Source: an uncultured Clostridia bacterium (GTDB taxonomy: Bacteria > Bacillota > Clostridia > TANB77 > CAG-508). Taken from it: a DNA stretch of 64,000 nucleotides. Where the stretch lies: assembly GCA_947632035.1 (NCBI GenBank), contig CANRNR010000008.1, positions 3,092 to 67,091 on the forward strand, written 5' to 3'. Under the pieces are notes generated by a model that was not told the origin of the DNA, did no database searches, and was given only the letters and a program-made list of their open reading frames with translations. Within the stretch, counting starts at the first letter, position 1; each line of letters opens with the position of its first letter. Of this stretch, positions 30,586 to 44,600 are shown piece by piece. The translations under genes were made by a program, and so were the position numbers.

Positions 30586-30756
30586 ATGTTTAATGAAGAA
30601 AAATTTAATTTTAATATAGAAAATATACAAAGTGATTTAGCAATAGAAGGATTAGAGATTACACAAAATGATATAAATATGTTTAAAATGTTTGCAAATG
30701 ATGAAATAGCTATGCCAGAGTTAATCCAAATGATAAAGGAGCAACCAATCCAATAA
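30586..30756 (+). CDS. Small VbhA/FicA-like antitoxin candidate (56 aa; absent from the ORF track)
   Basis: Manual translation MFNEEKFNFNIENIQSDLAIEGLEITQNDINMFKMFANDEIAMPELIQMIKEQPIQ; GGAG SD; LAIEG resembles the (S/T)xxxE(G/N) Fic-inhibitory helix. Confidence 0.6.
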   Translation: MFNEEKFNFNIENIQSDLAIEGLEITQNDINMFKMFANDEIAMPELIQMIKEQPIQ

Positions 30757-31108
30757 TAAATAGGATAAATAATAATAAACAATAAATAATAATATGCAAT
30801 AAAAAGTATTAGAAAATGGCTGTTAAAGAAAAAATATGATAAGAATTTAATCAAAGTCAAGAGTAAATTATAAAATAATTTACTCTTTTTATATGCTTTA
30901 AAAACAAAGAATGCGTAGTGGTTTCAAGGAAAAATATAGCCATTTGTAACAAAAAAGTAAAAAAAATGTAATAATTTTCATTAATAAAACAAATATGAGC
31001 TTCCGTAAATATATTTCAGACATTAAAAAAAAGGTAAAAAATGGACTATTGTCAAAGTAAAATTCATGTGCTAAGCTAATATTAGATAGGTATGGAGGTA
31101 GAAGTATT

Positions 31109-34100
31109 ATGAACTTATTAAAAAAGAAAAAATTAATTTTAAGTATTGGACTATTAACGACAATGATTTTAGGAATGTCAGTATTTTTACAAGGAGCCAA
31201 GAGTATAGGCTTGACAGGTCAGTCAAGAGAAGGAGAAAGCGACTTGCCAGAAGCTAGTTTAGAAAGAGAGTTAACTAGCGAAGAATATACAATTTCTGAA
31301 CTATATAATCTTATATGTAGAGTTGATCCAGAAACTGATATTGAGGAATTTAAACAAAAATTCAATATTGGTAGTGATTTAATACATATATATAAAGATG
31401 ATACTTTACAAGAAGAAGTATCTTCTGGAAACATTGGAACTGGAATGGCATTAACTTATGAAAAACAGGTGCCAAAAGTACCAGAGGATGATGATGTAGA
31501 ACCTAGTCTAGAACCATCACAGGAACCTCATGAACTTCAAAGACAAGATGAAGTAATGGAAGATGATGATGTAGAAACAATAGAAAGTGATAAATACATA
31601 ATCAGCGTAATTGGAGACACAAATGGTGATGGAATAATTGAACAACTAGAATTAATAAAATTAATTAGATATGTTGTAGATAGAACTAATTATGATCTAC
31701 CAACTTTATCATTCCTATCAGTAGATATGAATATGGATGGAAAGCTTGATATAATAGATATAACTATAATGATTAGATATATCACATTTGATACAATGGA
31801 AAAGGTAGAAGAAAAATTACCTAAAAAACCAATTATACATCTTGAAGAAGTAGTAGAAAATGAAGTTGAAGATGTTCAAGACCATATAGATAATGCAGAT
31901 GAAGCATTACAAGATGATGTAGTAGAAGAAACAGAAGAAGAAAAATGGTATAAGAGTGATGTTTTATTAAGCTTAGAATCAGATAAAACTAGCCCAGTTG
32001 CAATATTAAAGAACATATATGGAATAACAGGTGCCATAGTTCAAGAAAATCAAGAATTAGCTGAAGGCGAAAAAGTTAAATTAACAACAGAAGGAATATC
32101 TGAAATAACAGCTTACTCATATTCTGCATATGGAATTAAATCAGAAAATACTGTAGAGAAAGTTAGAATAGACAAACAAGTTCCAACAATGGATGAAATA
32201 AGAGTAGAAGGAGAAGAAGCTAATACAGTAAATATAGTAGTACCAAATATACAAGATGCTTTAAGTGGTGTAAGTCAAATTAGTATTACACAAAGTGAGC
32301 AAGATTATGAGTGGGAAGATTTAACAGAAGAAAATTTAATAGAAAAAACCTTTACAAAAGCAGTAGGAAAAAATGGAATATGGTATGTTGCAGTTAAAGA
32401 TAAAGCAGGAAATATAGCATCTCAAACTACAGAAGTAACAAATGTAAAAGAAAAAGTAAATAATGTAGAAATAAGATTACAAGAAATCATAGGTATAAAC
32501 GAAATTTTACCAATAAATATAAACTATTTAGGAGAACCAAAATCAATTACCCTAAACATTGAAGATACACAATATTTAGTATTAGATTCAGATTCTAATA
32601 GATCAGAAGAAGTAAAAGATGAAAGTGAAAGAGTTATTGGATATAAAAAAGTTTATGGAATAAAGGGTGTAAAGCAAGGAACTGTAGAACTAGAAATAGT
32701 TATAGAAGATTATGATGGAACTAAATTAACTAAAAACTACAATATAATAGTAGTAGATAAAGAAAATAGTGTAGCATTAGTAGGAAAGATGTATTATCCA
32801 ACAATAACTTCTGCAATAGAAAGTATAGATAAAGAAGGAACAGTAATAATTCTAAAAAGTGTAGCAGAAAGCTTCTCTATACCGGCAGAAAAGATAATTA
32901 CATTAGAAATAGGAGAATTTTTAATAACAGGAAGAATAAATAACGACGGAAACCTAACAATAGCATCAGGAAGTGTAACTAATACAGATGAAACTATATA
33001 CAATGAAGGAACAGTTTTAATGCAAAATGGAACAGTATCATCTACTAATAATATAGCAATCCACAACTTAGCACATGCTTCTGTAACAATAGAAAATGGT
33101 GAAATTACTTCACAAACAAATAATGCTATTTTAAATTATGGAGATATTATAGTAAAAAATGCTAATATAAAAACTGATGCACCATTAGAAGAAGCAATTT
33201 TAAATCGTGGAGAAGCAAACTTAACAATACTAAATGGAACAGTAGAAGCTAAAAATAATATAGCAATTAAAAACGAAGGAGCATTAACTATAGGAACAGA
33301 AGATGATAATGTAGATGTAACTACACCAGTTATAACAGGAAAGGACTTTGGAGTTTACACAACAGGAACATTTAATTGGTTTGATGGAAACATCACAGCA
33401 AACGAAATTATGTATGGAAAGCCAACTAAATTACCAGAAGAATACTTAATAAATGAAGAGATAAAAGAAGATGGTACACGAACAGGAACATTAGTAACAC
33501 CAAAATTTGGTGCAAATGGTAAAAAATATGTATTATTATCAGAAGCTATACAAGTTACACCAATAGGAGGAACAGTTACTTTATTACAAGACGCAGTAGA
33601 TTCTTCAACTGTAGAAATTAATAAACAAGTAGTATTAGATTTAAATGAATTTACACTTACAAGAAATAAAGAAATTAAAGTTAAGGAAAGTGGAAATTTA
33701 TTAGTAAAAAATGGTACACTTGAAGCACCAGAAAGTATTGCAATAACAGCATATATGGGAAGAATACAAGTACAAGATGCAGTTATAACTGGTAAAGAAT
33801 CTGCAATATCTCAATCTACAAATTCTACAACACATATAATTAGTGGAACTGTAATAGGAACAAAATATGGAATAAAAAGCATGACACAAGAAAACACAAT
33901 TATATTAGGAGATAATTCAAATGCAATTAAATTAGAAGACCCAATTATAATAGGAGAAGAGTTTGCAATATATGCTGATGAAAAAACTCAAGTTAATTAT
34001 TATAGTGGTAAATTACAAGGAAAAACAAATCCAGGATATTATATAAAAAAAGCAACAACATTTAGAGAAGGATATATAATTACAACTACTGTAGAAAATG

Positions 34101-35530
34101 AATATTATACATCTACACTAATATCTAATTCAGAATTTAAAGTATATATAAGAAGAGAAGGTTCAGAAGAATATTATAGAAGTATTAAAGAAGCAATAAG
34201 CTATGCAGATGCACAAAAATTAAATTCAACAATTAGCTTTATGAGAAATATAACAGAAGACCTTACAATACCAGAAACAGCTAATATAACATTAGCAATG
34301 GGAGAATATACTTTAACAGGAAAAATTCTTAATAAAGGAACATTAACTATAGCAAATGGTAAGCTTGCAAATAGTGACAGTACAACAATATATAATTCAA
34401 ACAAATTATATGTAGATGGAGGAACAATAGAATCAGTAGCACCTCATTCTGCAACAATATACAATGAAGCAAAAGCAAACATGACTATGAGAAATGGAAA
34501 AATTATATCTGTAAATTATAATGCAGTTATAAATTGTGGAACATTAGAAGTCGAAGATGGAGAAATCGTAAATCAATCAGAAACTAATAGCTGTATAGTA
34601 ACAAATTCTGAAGCAACAACTATAATTAAAGATGGAAGTATAAAATCAGAAAAATATACAGCAATTCAAGGAGAAACAAACTCAACTATTACTATAGGAA
34701 ATAATGAAGATAAATTAACAGCAATAGAACTTCCAGAAATTACTGGAAAACAATATGGTATAAATACACAAGGAACTTTAAATTACTATGATGGAAAAGT
34801 AACAGCTGGAGTAGCTATTCAAAGTAATGTAACTAATCCATTAGATCAATATTCAGTTTATACTAAAAATTATAATTCAAAATCTGGAACATACCAAGTA
34901 GCAATACTAATACCAATTAACAATGTTGCAAAAATTGGAGAGGATGTATATGGCTCACTAGAAGAAGCTATAAAAAAAGCGGAAGAAAAACAAACAGCAC
35001 AAGAAGGAGCTGTAACAGAATTAACAATTGAAATACTAAGAGATATAAAAGAATCAGTAGTAATTCCAGACAAAACAAAAATAATTCTAGACATAGGAAA
35101 TTATACAGTTACAGGAAGAATAAGCAACAAAGGAACATTAACTATAACTTCAGGGAAAGTTGAACACGATGAACAAGGAGCAATATACAATGAAGGAATA
35201 TTAACAATTACTAAAGCTACAGTAAAAGGAACTGCTGAAGGATCTCCAACAGTATTTAATGCAAGCGAAGGAAGAATGAACATATTAGGTGGAGAAGTAC
35301 GTTCAGAATATAATACTGCAATTAAAAATAAAGGCTCTTTGACTATTACAAATAGTGATACATATATACACAGTAATTCTAAAGATTATGCAACTATATT
35401 AAATGAAACAAACGCATATTTAACGATATCAGCAGGAAGAATTACTAACCATGCACAAGGAAAAGCAATAGATGGAGACGGAATAAAACTAATAGTAGAC
35501 GGAGTTATCGAACCACCAGTTGCAGAATAA
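31109..35530 (+). CDS. Large secreted protein: dockerin domain, Ig-like stalk, beta-helix-like repeats (1473 aa)
   Basis: Signal peptide; duplicated Ca-binding segments GDTNGDG...LIRYV / DMNMDGKLDIIDITIMIRYI; repeated Y.(S/T)(I/L).EAI blocks and N.G.L.I..G.I repeats. Confidence 0.8.
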   Translation: MNLLKKKKLILSIGLLTTMILGMSVFLQGAKSIGLTGQSREGESDLPEASLERELTSEEYTISELYNLICRVDPETDIEEFKQKFNIGSDLIHIYKDDTLQEEVSSGNIGTGMALTYEKQVPKVPEDDDVEPSLEPSQEPHELQRQDEVMEDDDVETIESDKYIISVIGDTNGDGIIEQLELIKLIRYVVDRTNYDLPTLSFLSVDMNMDGKLDIIDITIMIRYITFDTMEKVEEKLPKKPIIHLEEVVENEVEDVQDHIDNADEALQDDVVEETEEEKWYKSDVLLSLESDKTSPVAILKNIYGITGAIVQENQELAEGEKVKLTTEGISEITAYSYSAYGIKSENTVEKVRIDKQVPTMDEIRVEGEEANTVNIVVPNIQDALSGVSQISITQSEQDYEWEDLTEENLIEKTFTKAVGKNGIWYVAVKDKAGNIASQTTEVTNVKEKVNNVEIRLQEIIGINEILPININYLGEPKSITLNIEDTQYLVLDSDSNRSEEVKDESERVIGYKKVYGIKGVKQGTVELEIVIEDYDGTKLTKNYNIIVVDKENSVALVGKMYYPTITSAIESIDKEGTVIILKSVAESFSIPAEKIITLEIGEFLITGRINNDGNLTIASGSVTNTDETIYNEGTVLMQNGTVSSTNNIAIHNLAHASVTIENGEITSQTNNAILNYGDIIVKNANIKTDAPLEEAILNRGEANLTILNGTVEAKNNIAIKNEGALTIGTEDDNVDVTTPVITGKDFGVYTTGTFNWFDGNITANEIMYGKPTKLPEEYLINEEIKEDGTRTGTLVTPKFGANGKKYVLLSEAIQVTPIGGTVTLLQDAVDSSTVEINKQVVLDLNEFTLTRNKEIKVKESGNLLVKNGTLEAPESIAITAYMGRIQVQDAVITGKESAISQSTNSTTHIISGTVIGTKYGIKSMTQENTIILGDNSNAIKLEDPIIIGEEFAIYADEKTQVNYYSGKLQGKTNPGYYIKKATTFREGYIITTTVENEYYTSTLISNSEFKVYIRREGSEEYYRSIKEAISYADAQKLNSTISFMRNITEDLTIPETANITLAMGEYTLTGKILNKGTLTIANGKLANSDSTTIYNSNKLYVDGGTIESVAPHSATIYNEAKANMTMRNGKIISVNYNAVINCGTLEVEDGEIVNQSETNSCIVTNSEATTIIKDGSIKSEKYTAIQGETNSTITIGNNEDKLTAIELPEITGKQYGINTQGTLNYYDGKVTAGVAIQSNVTNPLDQYSVYTKNYNSKSGTYQVAILIPINNVAKIGEDVYGSLEEAIKKAEEKQTAQEGAVTELTIEILRDIKESVVIPDKTKIILDIGNYTVTGRISNKGTLTITSGKVEHDEQGAIYNEGILTITKATVKGTAEGSPTVFNASEGRMNILGGEVRSEYNTAIKNKGSLTITNSDTYIHSNSKDYATILNETNAYLTISAGRITNHAQGKAIDGDGIKLIVDGVIEPPVAE

Positions 35531-35617
35531 AAGAACTATAATAAAGTATAAAAACTAATATTATATAAAATTTATAATGAAAACAAAGATATATTTAGGA
35601 GGGAAAACAGAAAAGAC

Positions 35618-38600
35618 ATGGGTATTGTTAAGAAAATGTTAGCAACAATATTAATAGCTTTGATACTATTAAATGACTTATCAATGCTCATAGTATATGG
35701 GCAAGAAATCATTAGAAATAGTGACACTACAGAAGTTGCTAAAAACAAAATTTCTAGCACTAAATATATTGTTTCAGAAGAAGAAAATACAATAACCAGG
35801 GTATTACCAGAAACCACAGTAGGCATATTTAAAGGAAAATTTAATATGCCTAAAAGTGATGTCAAAGTATATAAAAGCGAAGAAGATTTAACAGAAGTAG
35901 CAGATGAAGAGAATGTAGGAACAGGAATGGTAATGATGCATGAAGAAGGTGGCAAAATGTATACTACATCAGTAATAGGCGACTTAAATAAAGATGGAAT
36001 CATGGGAGACATAGAGTTAAATCTTCTAATCAAGTATGTATCAGGAATGGGAGCACAAGACAATTTAGAAGGAATAGCCTTTAAGAGTGCAGACTTAACA
36101 AATGATGGAAAAATAAATCAAATAGATATAACAGTATTAATAAGATGGGTAGTATACCGTGAATTAGAATTACCAGAAATAACAATACCAGAAGCACCAA
36201 CAATAAAGATATTAGAGGGAGAAGAAGGAGAAAATGGCTGGTATAAAGGAAATGTAACAGTAGAAATAAAGGCACCAGAAGAAGACGAAGTAGAAATAGA
36301 AAAAATGACATATGTTTTAGAAAAAGAAGAAGTTGCAGAGTCAGAAGGAAATGTAGAAGGAGGAAATAACCAACAAGGAACAGATCAAGAAGAAACCACA
36401 GAAGATACTGAGAATGAAGTAACAGAAATAGAAGTAGAAGATGGAGAAAAAATAGAGCTAAAAGAAGACGGCAAATATACAATAAAAACATATAGTTATT
36501 CAAAAGCAGGAAAAAGAAGTATAGAAAATAAAAGAGAGATAAAATTAGAAACAGGAATAAAGAAACTAGAATTAGAAGTAACAAAAGTAACAACAAATGA
36601 AATAGGAGTAAAAGTAGAAGCAGAGGCATTTTCAGGAATAAAAGAATACACATACTATATAGGAAAAATAGTAAGAAGTACAAGACATGATGAAGAAACA
36701 GAAGAAGACGTAGAAGAAAAAACAATAGAATATGGAGAAGGAATAGTAACAAGCGAGCCAGAGTATGTATTTAAAGTATTAGAAGATGATACAGAATATG
36801 GAGTAAAAGTAGAAGTAAAAAGCATAGCAGGAAATGAAAAAGTAGAAGAAAAAGAAGAAAAGACATTAAAAATAAGCACACTAACAGAAGAAAATGTAGA
36901 AATAGTAAAAAGCACAGATGAATGGACAAATGAAAATATAGAAGTAGAAATAAAGGTAAGTGAAGAAGCAAACCCAGAAGGCAAATATGAAGTAGAGTAC
37001 AAAAAAGGAGAAGGAGACTGGGAGAAATACACAGGACCAATAGAAGTAGAAGAAAATACAGACATAACAGTAAGACTAACAGATGGAAACAACTATAGTG
37101 AAGAAGTAACAAAGAGTATAGAAAATATAGACAAGACAGCACCAGAAGGAAGAATAGAAGTAAAAGAGACAACAACAAAAGAAATAAAAATAGAAGTAAA
37201 AGATGCAAAAGATGAGCAAAGTGGAATAGAGAGTTATACATATTATATAGGAATAAAAAATGACGAAGGGGAATTCCAATATAGAGAAGTAAAAAAATAC
37301 GAAGAAGGAGAAGAAGAAGGAGCAGACGAAAAATTAAACTGCACATATGAGAGATTAAGACAAGATGAAGAATATAGAGTAGTAGTAGAAATAAAAGACA
37401 AAGCAGGAAATGTAAACAGAATAGAAGAAACAGTAAGAACTAAAAAAATGCCAGAGATAGGAGTAGCCGATATAGAAATAGGGTACTCTAATACTGAATG
37501 GACAAATGAAAATGTAACAGTAACAATAAAAGTAAGAGACGGAGTAGACACACAAGATTGTATATTAGAATACAGCTTAGATGGAGGCAAGACATGGCAA
37601 AAATATGAAGACGATGTAGAAGTAGAGATAACAGAAAATACAAACATAATAGTAAGATTAACAGATGGAGTAAATGAATTAGAAGTAGCATCAGGAAAAG
37701 TAAGTAACATAGATAAAGAAAACCCACAAGGAAGCCTAAAGGTAAAAGAGACAAGAAGCAATAGAATAGCAGTAGAAGTAGAAGGAATGGATGAAATATC
37801 AGGAGTAAAGGCATACAGCTATTATATAGGAACAAAAGATGATGCAGGAGAAGTAAAATATACAAAAGTAGGATATGAAGAAAGAAATTTAAAGCCAAGA
37901 GAAAAAGGACAAGAAAGCTATGTATATAGCAAATTAACAAAAGAAACAGAATACTATGTAAAAGTAGAAATAGAAGACCAAGCAGGAAATAAGATAGAAC
38001 TAGTAGAAACAAGGAAAACACAAAAAGTACCAGCATTAAATGAACAAAACATGACATATGAAAAATCAGAAGAAGACTGGACAAAAGAAGACGTAATAAT
38101 AAAAGTAGAAGTAGATGAAGATGTAGACATGGATGAATTTCATGTAGAATACACAACAGATGGAGGAAAAACATGGCATGAATATGATCCAGAAACAGGA
38201 ATAGTGGTAGAAGAAAATACAGATGTAGAAGTAAGATTATCAGATGGAGATAATGGAGGAGAAGGAACTGATATAACAGTAGACAATATAGATAAAACAG
38301 CTCCAAAAGTAGAAATAAAAGAAAACAAATCAACAAGTGGAACAATAGAAGTAGAAGTAGAAGCAACAGATGACCAAAGTGGAATAGATAAATATGTATA
38401 TTACCTAGGAAAGAAAAATGAAAATGGAGAGATAGAATACGAAAAATATGCAGAATCAAAGGAAAATACATATAGATATGAAGACTTAGATCAAGATACA
38501 GATTATTACATAAAAGTAGAAGTAGTAGACAATGTAGGAAACGTAGGAGAAGCATTAGCAGAAGAAAAAACATTAAGAATACCAGATGGCTCAGAAATAA

Positions 38601-41600
38601 TAACATTAGAAAAAGACAGAGAAGAATGGACAAATGGAAATGTAACAGTAACAATAACATATAAAGAAACAGTATATTATGTAGAATATTCAATAGATGG
38701 AGAGAACTGGAAGAGAAGCACAAATAGTGGAGAAAGAATAATAATAGAAGAAAATACAACAGTATTAGCAAGATTAACAGACGGAAGAAATGTAGGTGTA
38801 CCAACAAGTATAAAAATAACAAACATAGATAAAGTAAATCCAGTAGTAGTAGATTATCAAGTACCAAGAATAAATAGTGATGGATTTATAGAAGAAATAC
38901 ATTTAACAGATAATTTAAGTGGTATATCAAATATAACATGGTATATTAGAGAGAAGGGAACAAAACAGTATACACAAGCAAAAGAAACTTTAACAGTACA
39001 AGAAGGGTTAAAAGCAGGAGAAACAGATGTAACAAAACAAAAACTATATAAAGGATTAAGAACAGGAACATATGAAATATATGCTCAAGTATTTGATGTG
39101 TCTGGAAATAAAGTAGAAACAGAAGTACAAGAAGTAACATTAATACCAGTACAAGAATTAAATGAGGAAAATACAAGAATAATAGTAGAACCAAGCACAT
39201 GGACAAATGAAGATGTAAAAGTAACAATAGAAACAGATGTAGACCTAGAAGATGGAGGCTATAGCATAGAGTATAGTTTAGACGGAAAAAAATATGAAAG
39301 CTACATTGCAGATATAGGAGTAGAAGTAAGTAAAAACGGAAAAGTATATGCAAGACTAACAGATGGGGTGAACGTAGGAAAAGAAACAAGTAAAGAGATA
39401 ACAAACATAGATAAAGATTTACCAGAAGTAGAAGGAATACAAATAGCGGAAGTAACAAGTAAAAGAATAAAAACAACTATCAATATGCAAGATAAATTAA
39501 GTGGATTAGGAAAGATAGTTTGGTATTACAAACATGTAGAAGATAAAGATTATAAGCAAGAAGAAAAAGTATATACAGAATTAAAAGGAAATGAAAGAGG
39601 AAGCTTAGATCAAATAACAGGAGAATTAGATTTAACAGAGAAAAAAGCAGGTATGTATAGCATATATGCAGAAGTATATGATGTAGCAGGAAATATGTTT
39701 AAGGCTCAAGAAATAATAGCAAATACAACAGAAATACCAACAGGAGACGAAGCATTTACAATGTCACAAGATCCAACAACATGGACAAATGGCGAAGTAA
39801 CAGTAACAATGAAGTTAGAAGAAAAAGGAGAAGGCTATACAATAGAATACAGCACAGATGGAAAGAAATGGACAGAAGGAACAAAAGTAACAGTAGATGA
39901 AAACAAAACAGTACATGCAAGATTAACAGACGGAGTAAACGTAGGAGAAAGCCAAAGCTTAAAGTTAACAAATATAGATAAAGTGCCAGTAAGTGCAGAA
40001 GCAATAACAGTAAAATCAGTAACAACAAATTCAATGACAGCACAAATAAATGTACAAGATTTAGATAGTGGACTAGGAAAAATAGAATGGTTCTATAAAC
40101 ATAATGATGATGACAAATATACTCAAGTAGATCAAGTTTATCAAACTTTAAATGAAAAAAATAAAGGATCTGTAAAGAAGGAAACTAAGGAACTAATATT
40201 AGAAAAAATAAAAGGCGGAAATTATGAAATATACGCCAAAATATATGATGTAGCAGGAAATGTTGTAACAGCAGAAAAAGTAGTGCAAACTACAACACAA
40301 GTACCATCAGGAAATGAAGCACTTACAATGATAGTAAAACCAGAAACTTGGACAAACAAAAAAGTTATAGTAACATTAACAAGTGAAGTTCCAGATTATA
40401 TAGTAGAATATAGTACAGATGGAAAAGAATATTTAGCAGGTACAAGTGTAGAAGTAGATATAAATAAAAGAGTATACGGAAGACTAACAGATGGTGTAAA
40501 TAATGGAGAGCCAAAATATATAGATGTAACCAATATAGATAAAATTGCACCAACTGTAGGAGAAATTACATTAAAAACAAATACAACTAAAACAATAACA
40601 GCACAAGTAAATATAGAAGATGGAGAAAGTGGATTAGGCAAAATAGAATGGTATTATGCAAAAGAAGGAGATGTAAATTACAGCCTAATAGAACAAGAAT
40701 ATCAAAAATTAAATGTAAAAGATAAAGGCGAAACAGAACAAGTAACTAAAGAACTAGTTCTTGAAGACTTAAGTGGTGGAAATTATGATATATATGCAAA
40801 AGTATATGATGTAGCAGGAAATGTAAAGCAAAGCAGTACATCAAAACTTAAAACTTCTAATATGCCAGAAGGAAGTCTAGGAATTATAATGACTAAAGAT
40901 CCAGATCATTGGACTAATGGACAAGTAACTGTAAATATGAGCTTAACAGGTAATATGGAAGGATATAGCATAGAATATAGCACAGATAATATGAACTGGA
41001 CTTTAGGAACAAGCACTAAAGTAGATGAAAATAAGACAGTATATGCAAGATTATCAGATGGAATAAATAAAGGACAGCCAACAAGTACAACAGTAACTAA
41101 AATAGATACAGATAATCCAATTGTACAAAGTATACAAATAAAATCAAGAACAACAAAAGCAATAACAGCAGAAATAGGAATGCAAGATAAATTAAGTGGT
41201 ATTGCAAAATTAGAATGGTATTACAAAAATTCAAATCAATCACAATATACAGTAAAAGAAGTACCATATCAAACAATAAATGGAGATACAGCAGGTAGAA
41301 CTGATGTAGTAACAAATGAATTAGAATTAACTAATATAGATTCAGGAAAATATACAATATATGCAAAAGTATATGATGTAGCAGGAAATGAAATAGATAG
41401 TGAATCATTAGTAATAGACACAGTAAAAATACCAATGGGAGCATCTGCATTTACAATGGAGCAAACACCAACAACATGGACAAAAGAACAAGTAACAGTA
41501 ACTATTAATTTAGAAGATGAAGCAAGAGGATATGACGTAGAATACAGTACAGATGGAAGAACTTGGCAAAAAGGAACAGAAGTAACATTAGATGAAAACA

Positions 41601-44600
41601 CAACAGTACATGCAAGACTATCAGATGGAATAAATAAAGGACAAAGCCAAAGTATAACAATATCTAATATAGATAGAACAAATGCTGTTGTAGGAGAAGT
41701 AAAAGTTGAAGAAACAACTACAAATTCAATTGTAGCTTCTTTAGACGTGCAAGATATAGATAGTGGACTTGGAAAAATAGAGTGGTTATATAAAAATAGT
41801 ACAGAAGAAGGATATAGACAAGAAGAACAAAATTATCAAACTCTATATGGAGCAAAAGCTGGAAAAACAGAAAAACAAACAAAAGAATTAAGCTTAGATA
41901 ATATAAATAGTGGAAATTATGAAATATATGCAAAAGTATATGATGTAGCAGGAAACGTAGTAGATGCAAAAGCAATGAGAATTGACACACAAGCAATACC
42001 AACAGCAGATGAATCAATAGAAATGTTAGCAAGACCAGCATATTGGACAAATGATAATGTAGTAGTTAAATTAACAAATAGTGCAGTAGGAGGATATAGT
42101 ACTCAATATAGTCTAGATGGAAAAACATACAAAATCGGAACAAGCGTAGAAGTAGATTCAAATAAAACAGTATATGGAAGGTTAACAGATGGACAAAATA
42201 ATGGAGAGCCAACACACATTGATATAGGAAATATTGATAAAAAAGCTCCAGAAGTAGGAGAAATTACACTAAAATCAAATACAACAAAAACAATAACTGC
42301 AAAAGTAACAGTAAGAGATGAATTAAGTGGTTTAGCTAAAATAGAATGGTTCTATAAAAAACAAGGACAAGCAAATTATGAAAAAGTAGAAGAAAGCTAT
42401 AAAGAAATAAACGGAAAAACACCTGGAGATACAAGTTCATTAGAAAAAGAATTAACTATGGAGGAATTAAGCTCAGGAATATATGATATATATGTAAAAG
42501 TATATGACGTAGCAGGAAATGTAATACAAAGTAAAATACAAAACTTACCTACAAGTAGTGTATCATCTGGCGAAACCTCAATAACAGTAAGTAAAAATCC
42601 AACACATTGGACAAATGGTGAAGTAACATTAACATTTGGTCTTGTAAGTGGAGTAACAGGATATAGTGTTCAATATAGTACTGATGGACAAGCATGGACA
42701 AAAGGAAATAGTGTATCAGTAAAAGAAAACGGAACAGTATTATCAAGATTATATGATGGAGAAAATACAGGAACACCATTAAGAACAATAATAGAAAATA
42801 TAGATACAGAAGGTCCAAGAGTAGAAAATATACAAATACAATCAGTAACAAGTAAATCAATAGTAGCAAGCTTAACAATGCAAGATACACTAAGTGGAAT
42901 TTCAAAAATAGAATGGTACTATAAAAATTCAAATGTAGATGACTATACTCAAAAAGATGAAAAATATAAAGAAATAAATAGTGAGGATCCAGGAGATAGA
43001 ACCACATTAAAAAAACAATTAGAATTAACTAAAATTCCAGCAGGAACATATAGCATATATGCAAAAGTATATGATGTAGCAGGAAATGTAACAACTAGTG
43101 ATTCTATCATGGTAAAAACTATTCAAATACCATCAGCAAATGAAGCATTTACAATGAATCAAAATCCAACAACATGGACAAATAGTGAAGTAACTGTAAA
43201 CATGGAATTAGTGAGTGGTGCATCAGAATATGATATTGAATATAGTAAAGACGGAAGACAATGGAACAAAGGCGCTCAAGTAAAACTAAATGCTAATGGA
43301 GTAGTGCATGCAAGATTAACAGATGATGTAAGTACAGGTGAATCAAAGAGCTTAAAAGTAGAAAACATAGATACAGTTTTACCAGAAGCAGGAACAATTA
43401 CAGAAAAAAATGTAACAAGTAGTAGTTTAACTGCAGAAGTAACTATACAAGATACTTTAAGTGGTTTAGCAAAAATAGAATGGCAATATAAGAAAAGCGA
43501 TGAAAGCCAATTTAAAACTAAAATAGAAGAATATAGAGTAATGAAGGGAAGCGATAGGGGAGAAAATATAGAAAAAGTAAGTCAATTAAAATTAGATAAC
43601 TTATCACAAGGAACATATAATATTAAAGCATATGTATATGATATAGCAGGAAACCAAAGAGAAATAGCACAAAAAGACATAAATATAAAAACAATACCAA
43701 GTTTAACAAAAGATGTAAATGTAACATTTACTCAAACACCGATAAACTGGACAAATGATAATGTAAAAGTAAGTATAAACTCTACAGAAAGTGGATATGG
43801 ACTAGAATATAGTAAAGACGGAAATAAGTGGTATGAATATATAGGACCAGTTATGGCAGAAGGAAATGGAACAATATCAGCAAGACTAACAGATGGAATA
43901 AACTCAGGAGCACCTGCATCTACACAAATATCAAATATAGATAAGGACCTTCCATTAATAGTAGGAAGTATAGGAACAAAAGCAAAAACACCAAATTCAA
44001 TAACAGCACAAGTAACAGTACAAGATGTTTTAAGCGGAATAGCAAAAATAGAATGGTATTACTTAAAACAAGGACAATCAAACTATGAAAAAATAGAAGA
44101 AGAATATCAGAAAATAAACGGAAATACACCAGGAGAAACAACGCAAGTAACAAAAGAAATATTAATAGAAAACTTAAGTATTGGAACATATGAAGTATAT
44201 GTAAAAGTATATGATGTTGCAGGAAATGTAGAACAAAGTAAAACAGCAAACTTAGAGACAGCATCTATGCCATCAGGAGAAACAGCAATTACAATGACAA
44301 AAGATCCAATAACATGGACAAATAAAACAGTAACAGTAAATATGCAATTAGCAAGTGAAGTAACAGGATATAGCATAGAATATAGCACAGACGGAGCAAT
44401 TTGGATACCTGGAAATAGTGTAACAGTAAGACAAAATGGAGAAGTGCTTGCAAGATTATCAGATGGTATAAATAAAGGTGAGCCAAAGAGATTACCAATA
44501 AATAACATAGACACAACAAATCCAGAAGTAGGAGAAATACAAACAAATAATGTAACAAGTAACAGCATATCAGCTCAAATATCTATAAGAGATGTATTAA

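Noticed and set aside
30522..31200. Minus-strand ORFs 30522-30860 and 30898-31200
   Set aside because: Low-complexity antisense frames overlapping the better supported plus-strand ORF at 30586-30756 and the 31109 gene start.
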